47,457 bases of DNA from a virus (IMGVR_UViG_3300027683_000007:1-47457), one strand, 5' to 3'; positions 26,933-37,243 are shown, counted from the stretch's first letter. Translations and numbers: made by a program. Notes: generated by a model not told the origin, from the letters alone.

Positions 26933-28393
26933 TTAATAACCTTCTACTCTCTGAGTATCAGACCATGAGAAGCCATGGATTTGACCTCTTATTTTCATAT
27001 AGTCTAACTCAATAGGATATTCATATACAGTTGATCTTACTCTAAATCTAAAGTCTACTCCATGACACTTTGGCCATGCCTTACCTGCTGGATTTACTAA
27101 GAACCAACTAATCTGCCTAAACTGATCTTTATGTGACATTCTATAATCTACCGAGACATATAAGAAATCAGATACATCTGTACCAAGTTCTATACTCTTA
27201 ATAGTCTTCGGCTTTCTCGTACCAAAGTCATAGATATCTGTGCAGATTTCTAACTTAGGAGTAACTATCTCACCATCACTTGATACATAAAGAATGTTAC
27301 TCTTTGAACCTAATCCAGTTATATTCTCAGGACCTTCTCCAAAACTTTTAGATGTTGGACTATATACATAACCCTTTGATCCATCACAGATATAGAGTAA
27401 ATTAGTTTCTATATCCAAAGTTAGTATAATAGTCCCCATTGTAGACAAATACTCTGAATAATCTAACTTTGTCAAGGTCTCATCAAGTTGGAATAGTTCT
27501 CCTAGTACATTTACAAAGAAATGTCTTGAGTCACTCCCTGCAAATGCACCTTTGTTTTTCAACCCTAATCTATAAATAGTATCCATTCCCCAGTGGATAC
27601 CACTTGCTTTCATCAACGTAACTCCATTCTCACCATAGACTACAACTTTATCTCCCAACTTTCTAATATGATAAATACAGCCAGCCCAATCCATAGGACG
27701 TTCGCCAGCTATATTACTCTCATCAATATCAAAGTTGAAATATCCGATCTTTCCCCATCTTACTACATTACATCTTGGGAGTTGTAGTATAACAGTTCCA
27801 CCAGTAATTACTACTGAGCACAGTTCTAAGGCAGTTAGAGTAACAGTACTTCCAACATCAATTCCACCACTTAATATACTAACCTCAATCTCTATAGCAT
27901 ATAGTGAAGGAGCCTTATCTTTAATCTCTCCTATCACACTCATTACTATCTCTATAATACCAGCATCACCAGATTGATCTAGTTCAGAATTAATAGTAGC
28001 TGGTGGATTATAGTTTAATACAAAATAGAATGAGATACCTATATCAATAGGATCAGGGTCAATGATTAGTGGCGCAATAGTAGGTGGAGGCGCAGTAGTA
28101 GGTCCAACTGTTGTTGGTGGAGCTGTGGTTAAGGTAGTAGTTGGAGCCGTAGTTGGTACACTAGTAGTTGATACACTAGTGGTTGGTGCAGTGGTTGTCA
28201 GTGTAGTAGTAGGAACTACAGTAGGAGGAGCTGTAGTAGGTATTGGAGTAGTTGGAACTGGAGTACTAGGCGGAGATGTAGTTGGAGCAGCCGTTGTTGG
28301 AGCTGGAGTAGTAGGTACCAGAGTACTCGGAGCCAGAGTAGTAGGCAACAAAGTAGTAGGTACTGGAGTAGTAGGAGGAACTGTAGTTGACAT
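26933..28393 (-). CDS. Tail protein: mucin-like PT-rich N-terminus plus the C-terminal part of a P22 gp10-like nozzle beta-propeller
   Basis: About 105 aa of PTTx(A/P)P repeats; NVVRWGKIG...AG...DFGTRKPKTIKSIE...DFRFRV. Confidence 0.6.
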   Translation of the reverse strand: MSTTVPPTTPVPTTLLPTTLAPSTLVPTTPAPTTAAPTTSPPSTPVPTTPIPTTAPPTVVPTTTLTTTAPTTSVSTTSVPTTAPTTTLTTAPPTTVGPTTAPPPTIAPLIIDPDPIDIGISFYFVLNYNPPATINSELDQSGDAGIIEIVMSVIGEIKDKAPSLYAIEIEVSILSGGIDVGSTVTLTALELCSVVITGGTVILQLPRCNVVRWGKIGYFNFDIDESNIAGERPMDWAGCIYHIRKLGDKVVVYGENGVTLMKASGIHWGMDTIYRLGLKNKGAFAGSDSRHFFVNVLGELFQLDETLTKLDYSEYLSTMGTIILTLDIETNLLYICDGSKGYVYSPTSKSFGEGPENITGLGSKSNILYVSSDGEIVTPKLEICTDIYDFGTRKPKTIKSIELGTDVSDFLYVSVDYRMSHKDQFRQISWFLVNPAGKAWPKCHGVDFRFRVRSTVYEYPIELDYMKIRGQIHGFSWSDTQRVEGY

Positions 28394-28402
28394 CTTAATC
28401 TC

Positions 28403-28828
28403 CTATGAAATTCTAACCTCAGGTGCGATAAGCGTTACAGTTCCACCATCTGGCTGTGTTTGATCTCCACCGAAGTCCAGATATCCAATGATAGGATCAT
28501 TTGCTACTGTATCATCGTAAATGATAGCACCTGAAGTTGGTCCAATAGCTCCTCCAGAGGCTACCCAGGTAACATTACTCCACTTAATCTCGCACCTGTC
28601 ATCTGTGTTATCTTCAACCACAGATACTCCAGCCAGAGCTTTGGTACCCTGAGTGTATCCATTCGCAGTAGCCAGTTCATTCCCTATGACATCCGCATAG
28701 AGCTTATGATTATCCTTATCAAACACAAAAGCAGTCTGCATCAGGATAACTTTAAAAGCATCGTTAGCGAAGTCGATCGCCTTAGTTGCCAACAAATACT
28801 TAATTCTGTTAGGAGCTGCATTAGCCAT
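28403..28828 (-). CDS. Phage structural (tail/fibre-associated) protein
   Basis: IDFANDAFKVIL, ELATANGYTQG, VTWVASGGAIGP, AIIYDDT..DPIIGYLDFGGD. Confidence 0.65.
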   Translation of the reverse strand: MANAAPNRIKYLLATKAIDFANDAFKVILMQTAFVFDKDNHKLYADVIGNELATANGYTQGTKALAGVSVVEDNTDDRCEIKWSNVTWVASGGAIGPTSGAIIYDDTVANDPIIGYLDFGGDQTQPDGGTVTLIAPEVRIS

Positions 28829-28844
28829 CTTCTGTTCCCTCCAA

Positions 28845-28867
28845 GTTTGTTAAATTTTTTAACAGTC
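28845..28867. repeat. 23-bp dispersed palindrome copy
   Basis: GTTTGTTAAATTTTTTAACAGTC. Confidence 0.85.
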
Positions 28868-30019
28868 TTATGAAAAAGTATAGTATCTATTATAACCAGG
28901 AGTTCCATCTACTGATACTGCAGAGGCCCTTCCAATAGCTACATCTCTGATAGCTACACTCCCAATATCTGCAGCGACCCAATCTTCAGCATCTCTTGTA
29001 AAAAGCATAGTACCACCATATAAACCTTCTTTAGCTACAAACATATTTAAATCTCTTCCATAGTCAGATTTAGTTATAAACATACCTGTAGGTAGCCATA
29101 TACCACTTCCAGATGGTAAATAACACTCACTATATAATAACAAATCCTCTCCAGCAGATAGTGTAGCTCTATCTGTAGCACTTATAAGATGAAATATATC
29201 ATAGCTAGTCCCATTTATATTAATATAGACAGGAGGGACTACTGATGCAGATCTATGCCCATAGTCGTATGTATTATCAAATAGCCACTGAAAACCTTCA
29301 AAATAAGCACAGCCTTCATATCTTGAATATGAGGCTAGCCATGGACCAACAGTCCAATTCAAAGCATCATTTGAATAGATCTGATAAGATCCATACCCTG
29401 GTCTATGTGCCGTAGAGAAATATATCCCAGTTGTTGGATTATAGTCTGTAGTATATACATTATACCTATAATTAGGTAAGTAAGGCCCAATAGTCCAAGT
29501 AATCCCATCTACACTCGTACAACTTCTCCCAGTAGCTAATCCGTAATGATAGAATAAAGAAGCAGTTATTATACCAGTCTCAGGATGATATTCTAAGAAA
29601 CCTATAACATGACCAGATATTTCTGGTGGATAGTACTGAGTCCAAGTATTACCTCCATCATCAGAGTAACATATATATTCTCCATCACTATATGAAGCTA
29701 CAAATCTACCATACTGAACACTTCCACTATTAGGTATCCAAACTACATTACTCATAGAGTATGCTCTAGCTGGAATATTAATTATTGGAACAATAGGTGG
29801 ATAAGTAGGAGGAGGAGGAGTAGCTGCAACATCCCTAGTCCACATTCCACAGGGTTGGTGTGTGTCAGTGACTGGATCTCTTGACAGTCCTGGAATACTT
29901 GATGGCCAAGATGGATCACCAGGCGTAGTTATTCTATGCCCCTGATTATAAATATTAGGAGCTTGCGACTTTGCAAACAACCAAGGTTTTTGACCTTTAT
30001 AAGTCTTCCAGTCAACCAT
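28868..30019 (-). CDS. Beta-propeller (BNR/Asp-box) putative receptor-binding protein
   Basis: YSDDGGNTW, TSVDGITW, YSNDALNW repeats; Pro-rich linker. Confidence 0.6.
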   Translation of the reverse strand: MVDWKTYKGQKPWLFAKSQAPNIYNQGHRITTPGDPSWPSSIPGLSRDPVTDTHQPCGMWTRDVAATPPPPTYPPIVPIINIPARAYSMSNVVWIPNSGSVQYGRFVASYSDGEYICYSDDGGNTWTQYYPPEISGHVIGFLEYHPETGIITASLFYHYGLATGRSCTSVDGITWTIGPYLPNYRYNVYTTDYNPTTGIYFSTAHRPGYGSYQIYSNDALNWTVGPWLASYSRYEGCAYFEGFQWLFDNTYDYGHRSASVVPPVYININGTSYDIFHLISATDRATLSAGEDLLLYSECYLPSGSGIWLPTGMFITKSDYGRDLNMFVAKEGLYGGTMLFTRDAEDWVAADIGSVAIRDVAIGRASAVSVDGTPGYNRYYTFS

Positions 30020-30510
30020 TAGTCGTGGAACCCTCCAAGCAGTGGCTGTCCATTGAAATCAGCGACTGCTTCTGCAGCTGGATAGATAGTAGTAAGCGCA
30101 TATAATCCAGTAGTTGGACTTCTCACTACACTTACTTGCCCATTAGTTAAAAATATGAATCTTTGGTATGCTACTGCACTCCATAAAGTTCCAGGAGTCA
30201 ATGCACTTATTTTTGAAGTAAGCGAAGATCCATCCCATTCATAGATAGCAGTAATGCTACAAAAAATAACTGTGTCTACAAAGACAAACATTTGAGGATG
30301 TGGGAAAGTGTCAGTGATAGTTGCACTTACATCTATCCTATTCAACTCCAAGTCCTCAAGAACTTGTAAGACATTATCTATGCCAACTGCACCTATGCAT
30401 TGGACTAAGAATTTAGAATCTCTAGGTAATCTCTTAGATGGTCTAATACCCTTAGCTAAGGCATCTGTAGGAATTACCACTGTGAATGTTCCATCTCGTA
30501 GAACTTCCAT
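30019..30510 (-). CDS. Putative N-terminal part of the tail nozzle beta-propeller
   Basis: All-beta pattern ending AEAVADFNGQPLLGG; follows the adaptor region. Confidence 0.5.
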   Translation of the reverse strand: MEVLRDGTFTVVIPTDALAKGIRPSKRLPRDSKFLVQCIGAVGIDNVLQVLEDLELNRIDVSATITDTFPHPQMFVFVDTVIFCSITAIYEWDGSSLTSKISALTPGTLWSAVAYQRFIFLTNGQVSVVRSPTTGLYALTTIYPAAEAVADFNGQPLLGGFHD

Positions 30511-30839
30511 TATAGCACTCCATTAAAGTCTAACTTTGGAGATTGATTAACTTTTGTATCAAGTGACTTTGTCTGAAGAATTCTTTTTCTGATTATAGGA
30601 ATAGCTTCTTCCATCAAGTCCTTGATAGATCTTCCAATATTCTTATTCTCCATATCCTCAATTACAGCTGCTACTACATTTCTGTGATCATTAAACTCTG
30701 GATGCTTATCATAGAATTCTTTACTATCTCTAACCTTTCCAGCATAGGTAGCCATCAGTGTTCCAACAACTTCAGGGATCTTCAACAGTGCTCTTTCAAC
30801 TGCTTCATTGATAATACTTTCCCTCTCCTCAGTTGTCAT
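30510..30839 (-). CDS. Hypothetical protein
   Basis: AGGAGGT RBS, helical. Confidence 0.65.
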   Translation of the reverse strand: MTTEERESIINEAVERALLKIPEVVGTLMATYAGKVRDSKEFYDKHPEFNDHRNVVAAVIEDMENKNIGRSIKDLMEEAIPIIRKRILQTKSLDTKVNQSPKLDFNGVL

Positions 30840-30882
30840 CCTTACCTCCTGGCAAGGTTTGTTACCTCACCTAGCAGTTGAT

Positions 30883-31620
30883 TTAATTAATCTCATCTTC
30901 AATCTTAGACTCCATAACATTAACTTCAGAAATCAGCTCGGTAACCAGATCCTTATTAATCTCAGTTACTTCTGTCAAAAGAGCCTTTTCCCAAAGTTCA
31001 ATTTTTGAAGCGTTTCCATTGAATACTTCCAATTCCCTCATAGCAGACTTAAGCAGAGTCATTGGATGAGAGACTGTCCAAAAGTTCTGATCATCTGGAT
31101 TGACTAGTTCTGCTGAATAGTAGTATCCCCTAACTTCAACTGCCAAGTCTACATCACTCGGAGGAACTATTACTATTCCATTATACTCATTACCAACATT
31201 AGTGATTGTATCAAGATAGGTCAAGTAAGTTGCAAATGAAGATAGATCAGCATCTTCAGGAATTTTCCTAGTAATAACAGGTGAATAGTACTGAGTAGTA
31301 CTATTAGTAGGTGTACTTGACAGATATCCAGCGCAGATATCCTGTAGATTCTTTTTCTCTAACTGCCAGCGGGATGTAGTGTTATAAACCCATACTTCCT
31401 TTATAGCCCTACATAGAGGAATTGAGAAGTTAAACAATCCAGTTGTGAGTAGTCCAAAGTGCGATCCGAAAGATTTCTGATGCTCAGTCTGTCTATCTAA
31501 CCACCTACTTCCATGATTGATAATAAGATTGACAGTATTGGAAGGGTCATCATCTATTAAATCATATCTTCCAGATAGTGCCCTGAAGTGTTTTCTGATC
31601 TCAAGAAGGTTCATTACCAC
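30883..31620 (-). CDS. Putative head-tail adaptor (tail tubular protein A-like)
   Basis: Directly downstream of the MCP gene; size and helical-beta-helical layout. Confidence 0.6.
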   Translation of the reverse strand: MVMNLLEIRKHFRALSGRYDLIDDDPSNTVNLIINHGSRWLDRQTEHQKSFGSHFGLLTTGLFNFSIPLCRAIKEVWVYNTTSRWQLEKKNLQDICAGYLSSTPTNSTTQYYSPVITRKIPEDADLSSFATYLTYLDTITNVGNEYNGIVIVPPSDVDLAVEVRGYYYSAELVNPDDQNFWTVSHPMTLLKSAMRELEVFNGNASKIELWEKALLTEVTEINKDLVTELISEVNVMESKIEDEIN

Positions 31621-31631
31621 TATCCTCCAAA

Positions 31632-31654
31632 GTTAATTAAAAAATTTAATGAAC
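31632..31654. repeat. 23-bp dispersed palindrome copy
   Basis: GTTAATTAAAAAATTTAATGAAC. Confidence 0.9.
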
Positions 31655-31688
31655 TAAGCAGGGTGTCAGAGCATAACACCCTGCCTAG
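31654..31688 (-). terminator. Hairpin after the major capsid gene
   Basis: GCAGGGTGT...ACACCCTGC stem followed on the - strand by the T-rich palindrome copy. Confidence 0.6.
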
Positions 31689-31716
31689 TCAATTGGTCTA
31701 GTGGGAGATAACTGGA

Positions 31717-33027
31717 CTAAGGAGCCAAGTTATTATCCAGACCAACACCGTTGAGAACAGCACACTTCTGAGGAAGCCCGAACTCAAGGCCAGCCTCAGT
31801 AAGGTACTCCTCATTAAGACCATCCAGACGACGTGCGCCGTAGCCTTCCGGATGCTGTTTGTTATTGCCTTCTCCGTAGAAGGTAGTGTCAGTGATGTAC
31901 TTGAACTCGAGTTCCTTCGGCTCCAGAATCACCATCATGTTTCGAGTTGTGGCATCGTGAGAGAACAGAGGATGAGTCTTCAGGTAGATAGACCCAAAGG
32001 GAGTCTTCCATTCACGGATCTGCATACCATAGGCCTTCTGGCCAGTTTCGAGATTAGTGGTACCTTCAGCCATTGCCAGCGCTTCGACACCAAGAAGAGC
32101 TCCAGATCCACAGAGACAGAGCTTCTCTTCGGCGCCAAATCGGAAGAGCTGCTCCAAGTAAGCACGCAACCAAGTGCCTCCACCACCAGCTGCATTCCAG
32201 TCGAGACCACCATAAGTTGCATTCTGCGTATAGTCATCGCAGTTAGTAGGCATAAACTGGCGGATGAAGTTGATAAGACCCATAGTGGTTCTCTCAGGCT
32301 CTCCGTTATCTCCAATGTTCTGAGTTCGGATACCCCAGAGCATCGCCAGCTCCATCTCCCACGAATGCATCTCGAGGCATTCAGACTTAGCCTTTTGATA
32401 GGCATCACCAGTTCGAAGATTGGTGAGCTTTGCAGTCCGTGTAATGGAAAGAGGCGTACGGAAGATCTGAGTATAGTTCCATACCTCTACAGGATTGAGG
32501 GCGATAGAATCAGGCATCTCACCACCCTCAGGGTTAATGTTGCCGATGATCTTGAAGTTGTCGCAGTCGGACAGATCATGAGTTGTCGAGTTGTCATCAT
32601 CTTCCAGAAGCCTGACAGATATGATAGTCACAGCACCCCTATTGACTCCTGTGACCTTACCAACCACATCGACAGTGAAGTCACTTGCGTCGCGAAGTAG
32701 GATCTGGTGCCCTATCCTGATTCGCTGACCAAGAGCTGCAGTAGTGCGGACGAAGATAGTATCTCCGGTAACTCCACCAGTTACATATGCCACTGAAAGA
32801 TCCGCTATGGTAAAGATACCAGTCACGGCGCCCTGTACTGTGGATTGTTCCTGAGTCCACCAGTGAAATCGAGGATCAGTGACACGCTTTGACGGCATCA
32901 TACTGAGGATTGCAGTCAGAGGAGTCATCCCGTTCGGATAGAGATACATAATCTGTTCACGCCAAGACTCAGGGCGTTGATTAGCCACCCAATCATTAGT
33001 TCCACGCATTCCGAGAAACATTTTCAA
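31717..33027 (-). CDS. Major capsid protein (HK97 fold, SU10/DUF5309-like)
   Basis: TPLTAILS, WNYTQIFRTPLSITRT, EMELAMLWG, RTTMGLI, TPFGSI..HPLF, EYLTEAGLE; strong codon bias. Confidence 0.88.
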   Translation of the reverse strand: MKMFLGMRGTNDWVANQRPESWREQIMYLYPNGMTPLTAILSMMPSKRVTDPRFHWWTQEQSTVQGAVTGIFTIADLSVAYVTGGVTGDTIFVRTTAALGQRIRIGHQILLRDASDFTVDVVGKVTGVNRGAVTIISVRLLEDDDNSTTHDLSDCDNFKIIGNINPEGGEMPDSIALNPVEVWNYTQIFRTPLSITRTAKLTNLRTGDAYQKAKSECLEMHSWEMELAMLWGIRTQNIGDNGEPERTTMGLINFIRQFMPTNCDDYTQNATYGGLDWNAAGGGGTWLRAYLEQLFRFGAEEKLCLCGSGALLGVEALAMAEGTTNLETGQKAYGMQIREWKTPFGSIYLKTHPLFSHDATTRNMMVILEPKELEFKYITDTTFYGEGNNKQHPEGYGARRLDGLNEEYLTEAGLEFGLPQKCAVLNGVGLDNNLAP

Positions 33028-33047
33028 ATCCTCCTAAGTATTGTTAA

Positions 33048-33070
33048 GTCAGTTAAATTTTTTAACCAAC
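33048..33070. repeat. 23-bp dispersed palindrome copy
   Basis: GTCAGTTAAATTTTTTAACCAAC. Confidence 0.9.
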
Positions 33071-33119
33071 TGTTAAGATTAAGGGTCAACCACATCAAAT
33101 TGCCCAGGTGGTACTGGTG

Positions 33120-33536
33120 CTATATAGGGCTAGTAGTAGGCACCTCAGTGGTCTGTTCTACCGCAGCAGCAGTCGTCGGCACATCAGTTGAACGTATGCT
33201 ACCAGTAGGCCCGTCAATGAATACGTGCCAGGTCAGACCGTCAGAATAACACAGAGCTCGATCGCACTTAGTGCTCAGCTGGATATCTCCATCCCAACAC
33301 TCACTATCATCATTATTGTCCTCGATAGTGATAGTGGTCATCGGTGCGAAGGACCTAGCAACGATAGAGTAGATCCTACCAGCTGCCTCGACTACTGGCG
33401 GAAGTGTAATAGTTGTAGAGACAGAGGCAGTCGAAGGTCGAAGGACATAGTCCCTCACAGTCATAGTATAATCACCACCTGGAGCATGATACTTGTCAAC
33501 CACGATAGAATGGCTGTCACTCTTGAACTCAAGCAT
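33120..33536 (-). CDS. Putative capsid decoration/accessory protein with PTT-rich tail
   Basis: TITLPPV, LCYSDGLTW; C-terminal VPTT..QTTEVPTTSPI; lies between scaffold and MCP; codon bias. Confidence 0.55.
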   Translation of the reverse strand: MLEFKSDSHSIVVDKYHAPGGDYTMTVRDYVLRPSTASVSTTITLPPVVEAAGRIYSIVARSFAPMTTITIEDNNDDSECWDGDIQLSTKCDRALCYSDGLTWHVFIDGPTGSIRSTDVPTTAAAVEQTTEVPTTSPI

Positions 33537-33547
33537 TGTAATTCCTC

Positions 33548-34378
33548 CTATCTTCTGCCCACTACCTTAATCATCTCGTCTATTTGAGACTTGACTGAGT
33601 TAGGTTCAGCGGGACTTGGATTTTGGACTCTGGAACCCTTTCTCCTAGGAAGCGGAGGAGGTGCATCATCGTCCTTTGGTTTATTTGTATCTTTAACTTG
33701 TACCTTAGATGGTTTAGGTAAACCTAATCTTTCCCTAGTCTCATCACCTACCTTTCTGAGTACCTCGGCAATCTTAAGCCCAGGACTTTCTTGAACTACT
33801 TCATTAAAAACTGCGCTAACAGTCTTCTTCCAATTACTTAGATCAGTATTTTCCTTATAAAACTCCTCAGTCATTTTCTGAAGTGTGTTTTTTAACTCTA
33901 GCTGCTCTGTGACTTTGGTAGGAAGTGTGTTAAAAGTCTCTTCCTTTGCCTGTTTTACAATCCCTCGAGTGTCAGTAACTGCCTGAGAGTAGATTTTGTT
34001 AAGTAACTTATTAAACGCGGCTCTGTCATCTTTAATCTCATCAAGATCTATCCCATCGAGAAAATCCTTTTCACCGATAGGAGGATCCGTTGCAGGAGGT
34101 TTCTCATCCTTCTTTGTCTTATCTCTGGCTGACTCAAGTTCGATAATCTTAGCTCTGAGTTTTGCAACCTCATCTTCTTTCTCTTCCTGCTTCGGAGGAT
34201 CCGTAGACGGAGACTCGGCCTTATCATCATCTTCTACATCTTTATCAGGTGGATTAGTCGCAGGTGGAGAATCATCTGGTTTCTGAGGTGGAGGATCATC
34301 TTCAAACTCCAAAATCTCATCATCAGACACTCTGTTCATAGCATCTAACATCTCATTAATTTCAGTCTTCACATCCAT
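33548..34378 (-). CDS. Capsid scaffolding protein
   Basis: Acidic and Pro-rich N-terminus, coiled coil; lies between portal and MCP. Confidence 0.7.
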   Translation of the reverse strand: MDVKTEINEMLDAMNRVSDDEILEFEDDPPPQKPDDSPPATNPPDKDVEDDDKAESPSTDPPKQEEKEDEVAKLRAKIIELESARDKTKKDEKPPATDPPIGEKDFLDGIDLDEIKDDRAAFNKLLNKIYSQAVTDTRGIVKQAKEETFNTLPTKVTEQLELKNTLQKMTEEFYKENTDLSNWKKTVSAVFNEVVQESPGLKIAEVLRKVGDETRERLGLPKPSKVQVKDTNKPKDDDAPPPLPRRKGSRVQNPSPAEPNSVKSQIDEMIKVVGRR

Positions 34379-34390
34379 AGGTTAGCTCCT

Positions 34391-34699
34391 TTACTCATCA
34401 GATTTATTTTCAGTCATCTCCGCTTTTTCACTTGACTCTAATGACTGGATGAAGATATTAGGAAGTGACATCATGTAGTCTACTGCCTTAATCCTTCCAT
34501 TAATATCTCCTAAGTGCATTAAAACAGTTGCTGTAGATGGATTAGTCTCAGCAGCTTTATCTGTGATAGTCTTCAACTCAAGCTCAAATCCCTTTTTCCA
34601 CATATATAGCTCTCGTTGAATATCTTTCCAAATAATAGACTTTTTAAATTCTTGAAGATCGCCTATTGTAGATCTAACTATCATCTCTCCTAGCGCCAT
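34391..34699 (-). CDS. Small portal-adjacent protein
   Basis: Helical 102-aa ORF right after the portal gene. Confidence 0.6.
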   Translation of the reverse strand: MALGEMIVRSTIGDLQEFKKSIIWKDIQRELYMWKKGFELELKTITDKAAETNPSTATVLMHLGDINGRIKAVDYMMSLPNIFIQSLESSEKAEMTENKSDE

Positions 34700-34702
34700 A
34701 AC

Positions 34703-36652
34703 CTATTCTCCTAAAGGTACGAGATTTCCAGCTTTTACTTCCCTATCCACAGTCTCATCAGGCATAGTTTGGACCTGAGTATTTTGAGATACTCGTCTAA
34801 AGTCCTCGATATTCTTTGCACCAAGTTGCTGAGCTATATAGGTGAATATCTTAAATATGTCAAAAGTTTGATATAACTCAGGAGTCTGTACTATAGTTGA
34901 AAACATCTGTACCCAGGATTCAGAGAAATTTCCACCAGGGATTGAGCCGTCCCTTACAATAACATCATAGTTAACTGCAAGATCATAAGGAGTAACTCTG
35001 ACATTATGCTTCCCTCCAAACATTGTATCGAGTTGTTGTTGAGTCTTACCAACAACTTTAACATATGTTTCTTTGGACATATACTGCTGAGTATGAACAG
35101 CGAACATAGTACCTATATCTTGCATGAACTGCATTCCAACTATCATAGCCAATCGCTGAAGACGGCTAACAGCAGATCCTCGAGTGCCTTGAAACTCACC
35201 TTTAGTTAAACGCTCTGGTCCACCTTGACGTAGCGATCCTTGCATCGACTGGTCAGCGCCTGAGATACGATCCATCCAAGATGTGATATACTGACTATCT
35301 CCTATATTATTCCTAGTAATATCATTAACTGCAAGTTGCTGTACTACATTATTAACTCCATGTCCCCAAGCAGGACGTCGAAGTCTAATTAACTTGCCAG
35401 GCTCTGGATCTTCTAAATCCTTAATATTAACCAAGTAAGGATCAACAACTAGCATGTCATTGATAGACTTACGTACATTAGCTATGTGTGAGTTGAAGAG
35501 AAAATCAAGTGTTCCTTGGAGACCATAAAGTATTTCCATTCGACTCTGTGGTGTTATTGAGTATCCATCAAACTCAGGACTTGCAACTGCGATTGGATAA
35601 AGTCCATGATTGTGGTTAGCTTTGTGGCAACTAATAATCACATCATCTGATGCAAGTGCAAAGAACCACTTTTCAGGAAGTTCACTACTTCCAAGTTTCC
35701 ACTCTTTCGGAATAAGATTGATATACATCTTAATTGTGTCTATAGGATTAGTAGACATCACTAAGTTTCTAGTACTACTACCTCCACCATATTTAAGATT
35801 TCTATCACTCTGATCGTTAGCAAAAGTTGATCTCTTATTCGTTTTATCTCGAAGATACTTTACATTAAAGAAAGTCTCATCATGAGATTCTTGTGATAGA
35901 AGATTCATATAGTTATCTCTATCTATCCATCCTTGAAATTCCCCATCTTGAATATTATCACTAGAGACAGATGGATCTGGTAGCCACATATAAGGATCGA
36001 TAGATGAGAGATCATTCCCTTCAAAAATCATCGAGTCAATGAATTCTACATGATCTACAGAATTCTGAGAAAAAGGACTTTCATCAATAACAGATCCTTT
36101 TACCGGAACTCTTCCATACATCTTTCTCCATCCAGGAATTCCTATACCAACTCCATATGCGAATGAGTCTCTTAGAATAGTGTGAAGTGAAAGAGATACT
36201 TTAGTCTTAATACAATGTAATCTAACTACCATCTCCAATAGCATTGCACCCCTAGTATCATCATCTTCAACTCCCTCATACTGGAACATAGGGTCTTGCA
36301 TGTAAGCCATTATCATGTAAGTAAGCAATGCTTCCATCATAGAGTAAGTATATGGAAATACTATGGAGATAGGCTTTCTTGGATCTTTACTTTTAAGTTC
36401 TTTCTCTTTCATACTTGTAGGAATGTAAGTAGTAAGAACTTTATCTACTTCATTCCAGGAAGAGAATCTCTTACTCATTTCATTCCTAGACTCACATGCC
36501 CTCTGCCAAATCTTATTCCTTATATCATCATGAAGAGTACTTCCAGGCTTAAGATCCAGATCGTAAGGATAAGAATAGTCAAAACTATGTCTTGTATAGA
36601 TTGACGTATCTACTTTATAATTTCTAGGATCACCAGTTACGATGTAAGGCAT
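34703..36652 (-). CDS. Portal protein (podovirus type)
   Basis: 649 aa; RDSFAYGVGIG, IDPYMWLPDPSV, EPGKLIRL, RISGADQSMQG; position. Confidence 0.85.
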   Translation of the reverse strand: MPYIVTGDPRNYKVDTSIYTRHSFDYSYPYDLDLKPGSTLHDDIRNKIWQRACESRNEMSKRFSSWNEVDKVLTTYIPTSMKEKELKSKDPRKPISIVFPYTYSMMEALLTYMIMAYMQDPMFQYEGVEDDDTRGAMLLEMVVRLHCIKTKVSLSLHTILRDSFAYGVGIGIPGWRKMYGRVPVKGSVIDESPFSQNSVDHVEFIDSMIFEGNDLSSIDPYMWLPDPSVSSDNIQDGEFQGWIDRDNYMNLLSQESHDETFFNVKYLRDKTNKRSTFANDQSDRNLKYGGGSSTRNLVMSTNPIDTIKMYINLIPKEWKLGSSELPEKWFFALASDDVIISCHKANHNHGLYPIAVASPEFDGYSITPQSRMEILYGLQGTLDFLFNSHIANVRKSINDMLVVDPYLVNIKDLEDPEPGKLIRLRRPAWGHGVNNVVQQLAVNDITRNNIGDSQYITSWMDRISGADQSMQGSLRQGGPERLTKGEFQGTRGSAVSRLQRLAMIVGMQFMQDIGTMFAVHTQQYMSKETYVKVVGKTQQQLDTMFGGKHNVRVTPYDLAVNYDVIVRDGSIPGGNFSESWVQMFSTIVQTPELYQTFDIFKIFTYIAQQLGAKNIEDFRRVSQNTQVQTMPDETVDREVKAGNLVPLGE

Positions 36653-36669
36653 CTTAGTACTCCAAATGA

Positions 36670-36692
36670 GTTAATTAAATTTTTTAACTAAG
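36670..36692. repeat. 23-bp dispersed palindrome copy
   Basis: GTTAATTAAATTTTTTAACTAAG. Confidence 0.85.
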
Positions 36693-37008
36693 TTGTTGGT
36701 ACAATAGTTGTTGGTAACACAGTTGTGTCAGGAGCTATAGGTTCATAGACTCTAATCTCAGTCCAATAGCCATGATATTTAGAACCAACATTAGAAGCAA
36801 ATGCCTGAACTTTCCATATACCAGAAGTATTAAACTTCACAGCTGCTTGTATCTTTGTATTTATAGTAGGGTGAATAGTAGCTGTCCAATATCCCTTTAC
36901 ACCATAAGGATTTTGCCACTTAACCCTTAAATCTGTAAATGCTGTGAGATTCTTCTGAGTAGAAAGAATCACAAGAACATCATCTTGTACGAATACTCTG
37001 TCAGACAT
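36688..37008 (-). CDS. Ig-like (BppU-like) structural protein with PTT tail
   Basis: FNTSGIWKVQAF; C-terminal APDTTVLPTTIVPTT. Confidence 0.55.
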   Translation of the reverse strand: MSDRVFVQDDVLVILSTQKNLTAFTDLRVKWQNPYGVKGYWTATIHPTINTKIQAAVKFNTSGIWKVQAFASNVGSKYHGYWTEIRVYEPIAPDTTVLPTTIVPTT

Positions 37009-37015
37009 ATCTGCC

Positions 37016-37243
37016 TCATTTTTCAAGGATGACTGAATTCAAACTTACAATATCAGCAACAAGTGAATCCTTAGTCATCGTATCTTGAATACCAGAGTTT
37101 AACCCAGCAGTATCATTTATAATAGAATATTCTTCCCACACTAGCCCTAATGATGGATACATTAGGTGACTGAACTCTGGCCAAGACCTGAGTGGAAGTC
37201 CTCTATGTGGAAAGTCAGAAAGCGCTAGGTAGTTGCATGCCAT
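37016..37243 (-). CDS. Hypothetical protein
   Basis: 75-aa ORF in the late block. Confidence 0.5.
   Translation of the reverse strand: MACNYLALSDFPHRGLPLRSWPEFSHLMYPSLGLVWEEYSIINDTAGLNSGIQDTMTKDSLVADIVSLNSVILEK

Noticed and set aside
28062-28463. Val/Gly-rich + strand ORF
   Set aside because: It is the antisense shadow of the Pro/Thr repeats
28845-28867. Palindrome as a host Rex or FNR box
   Set aside because: Rex (TTGT(G/T)AA-N4) and FNR (TTGAT-N4-ATCAA) have even 4-bp spacers; this motif has an odd centre and different conserved positions
31852-32700. 282-aa + strand ORF
   Set aside because: It is antisense to the major capsid gene, explained by that gene's codon bias; no RBS or motifs
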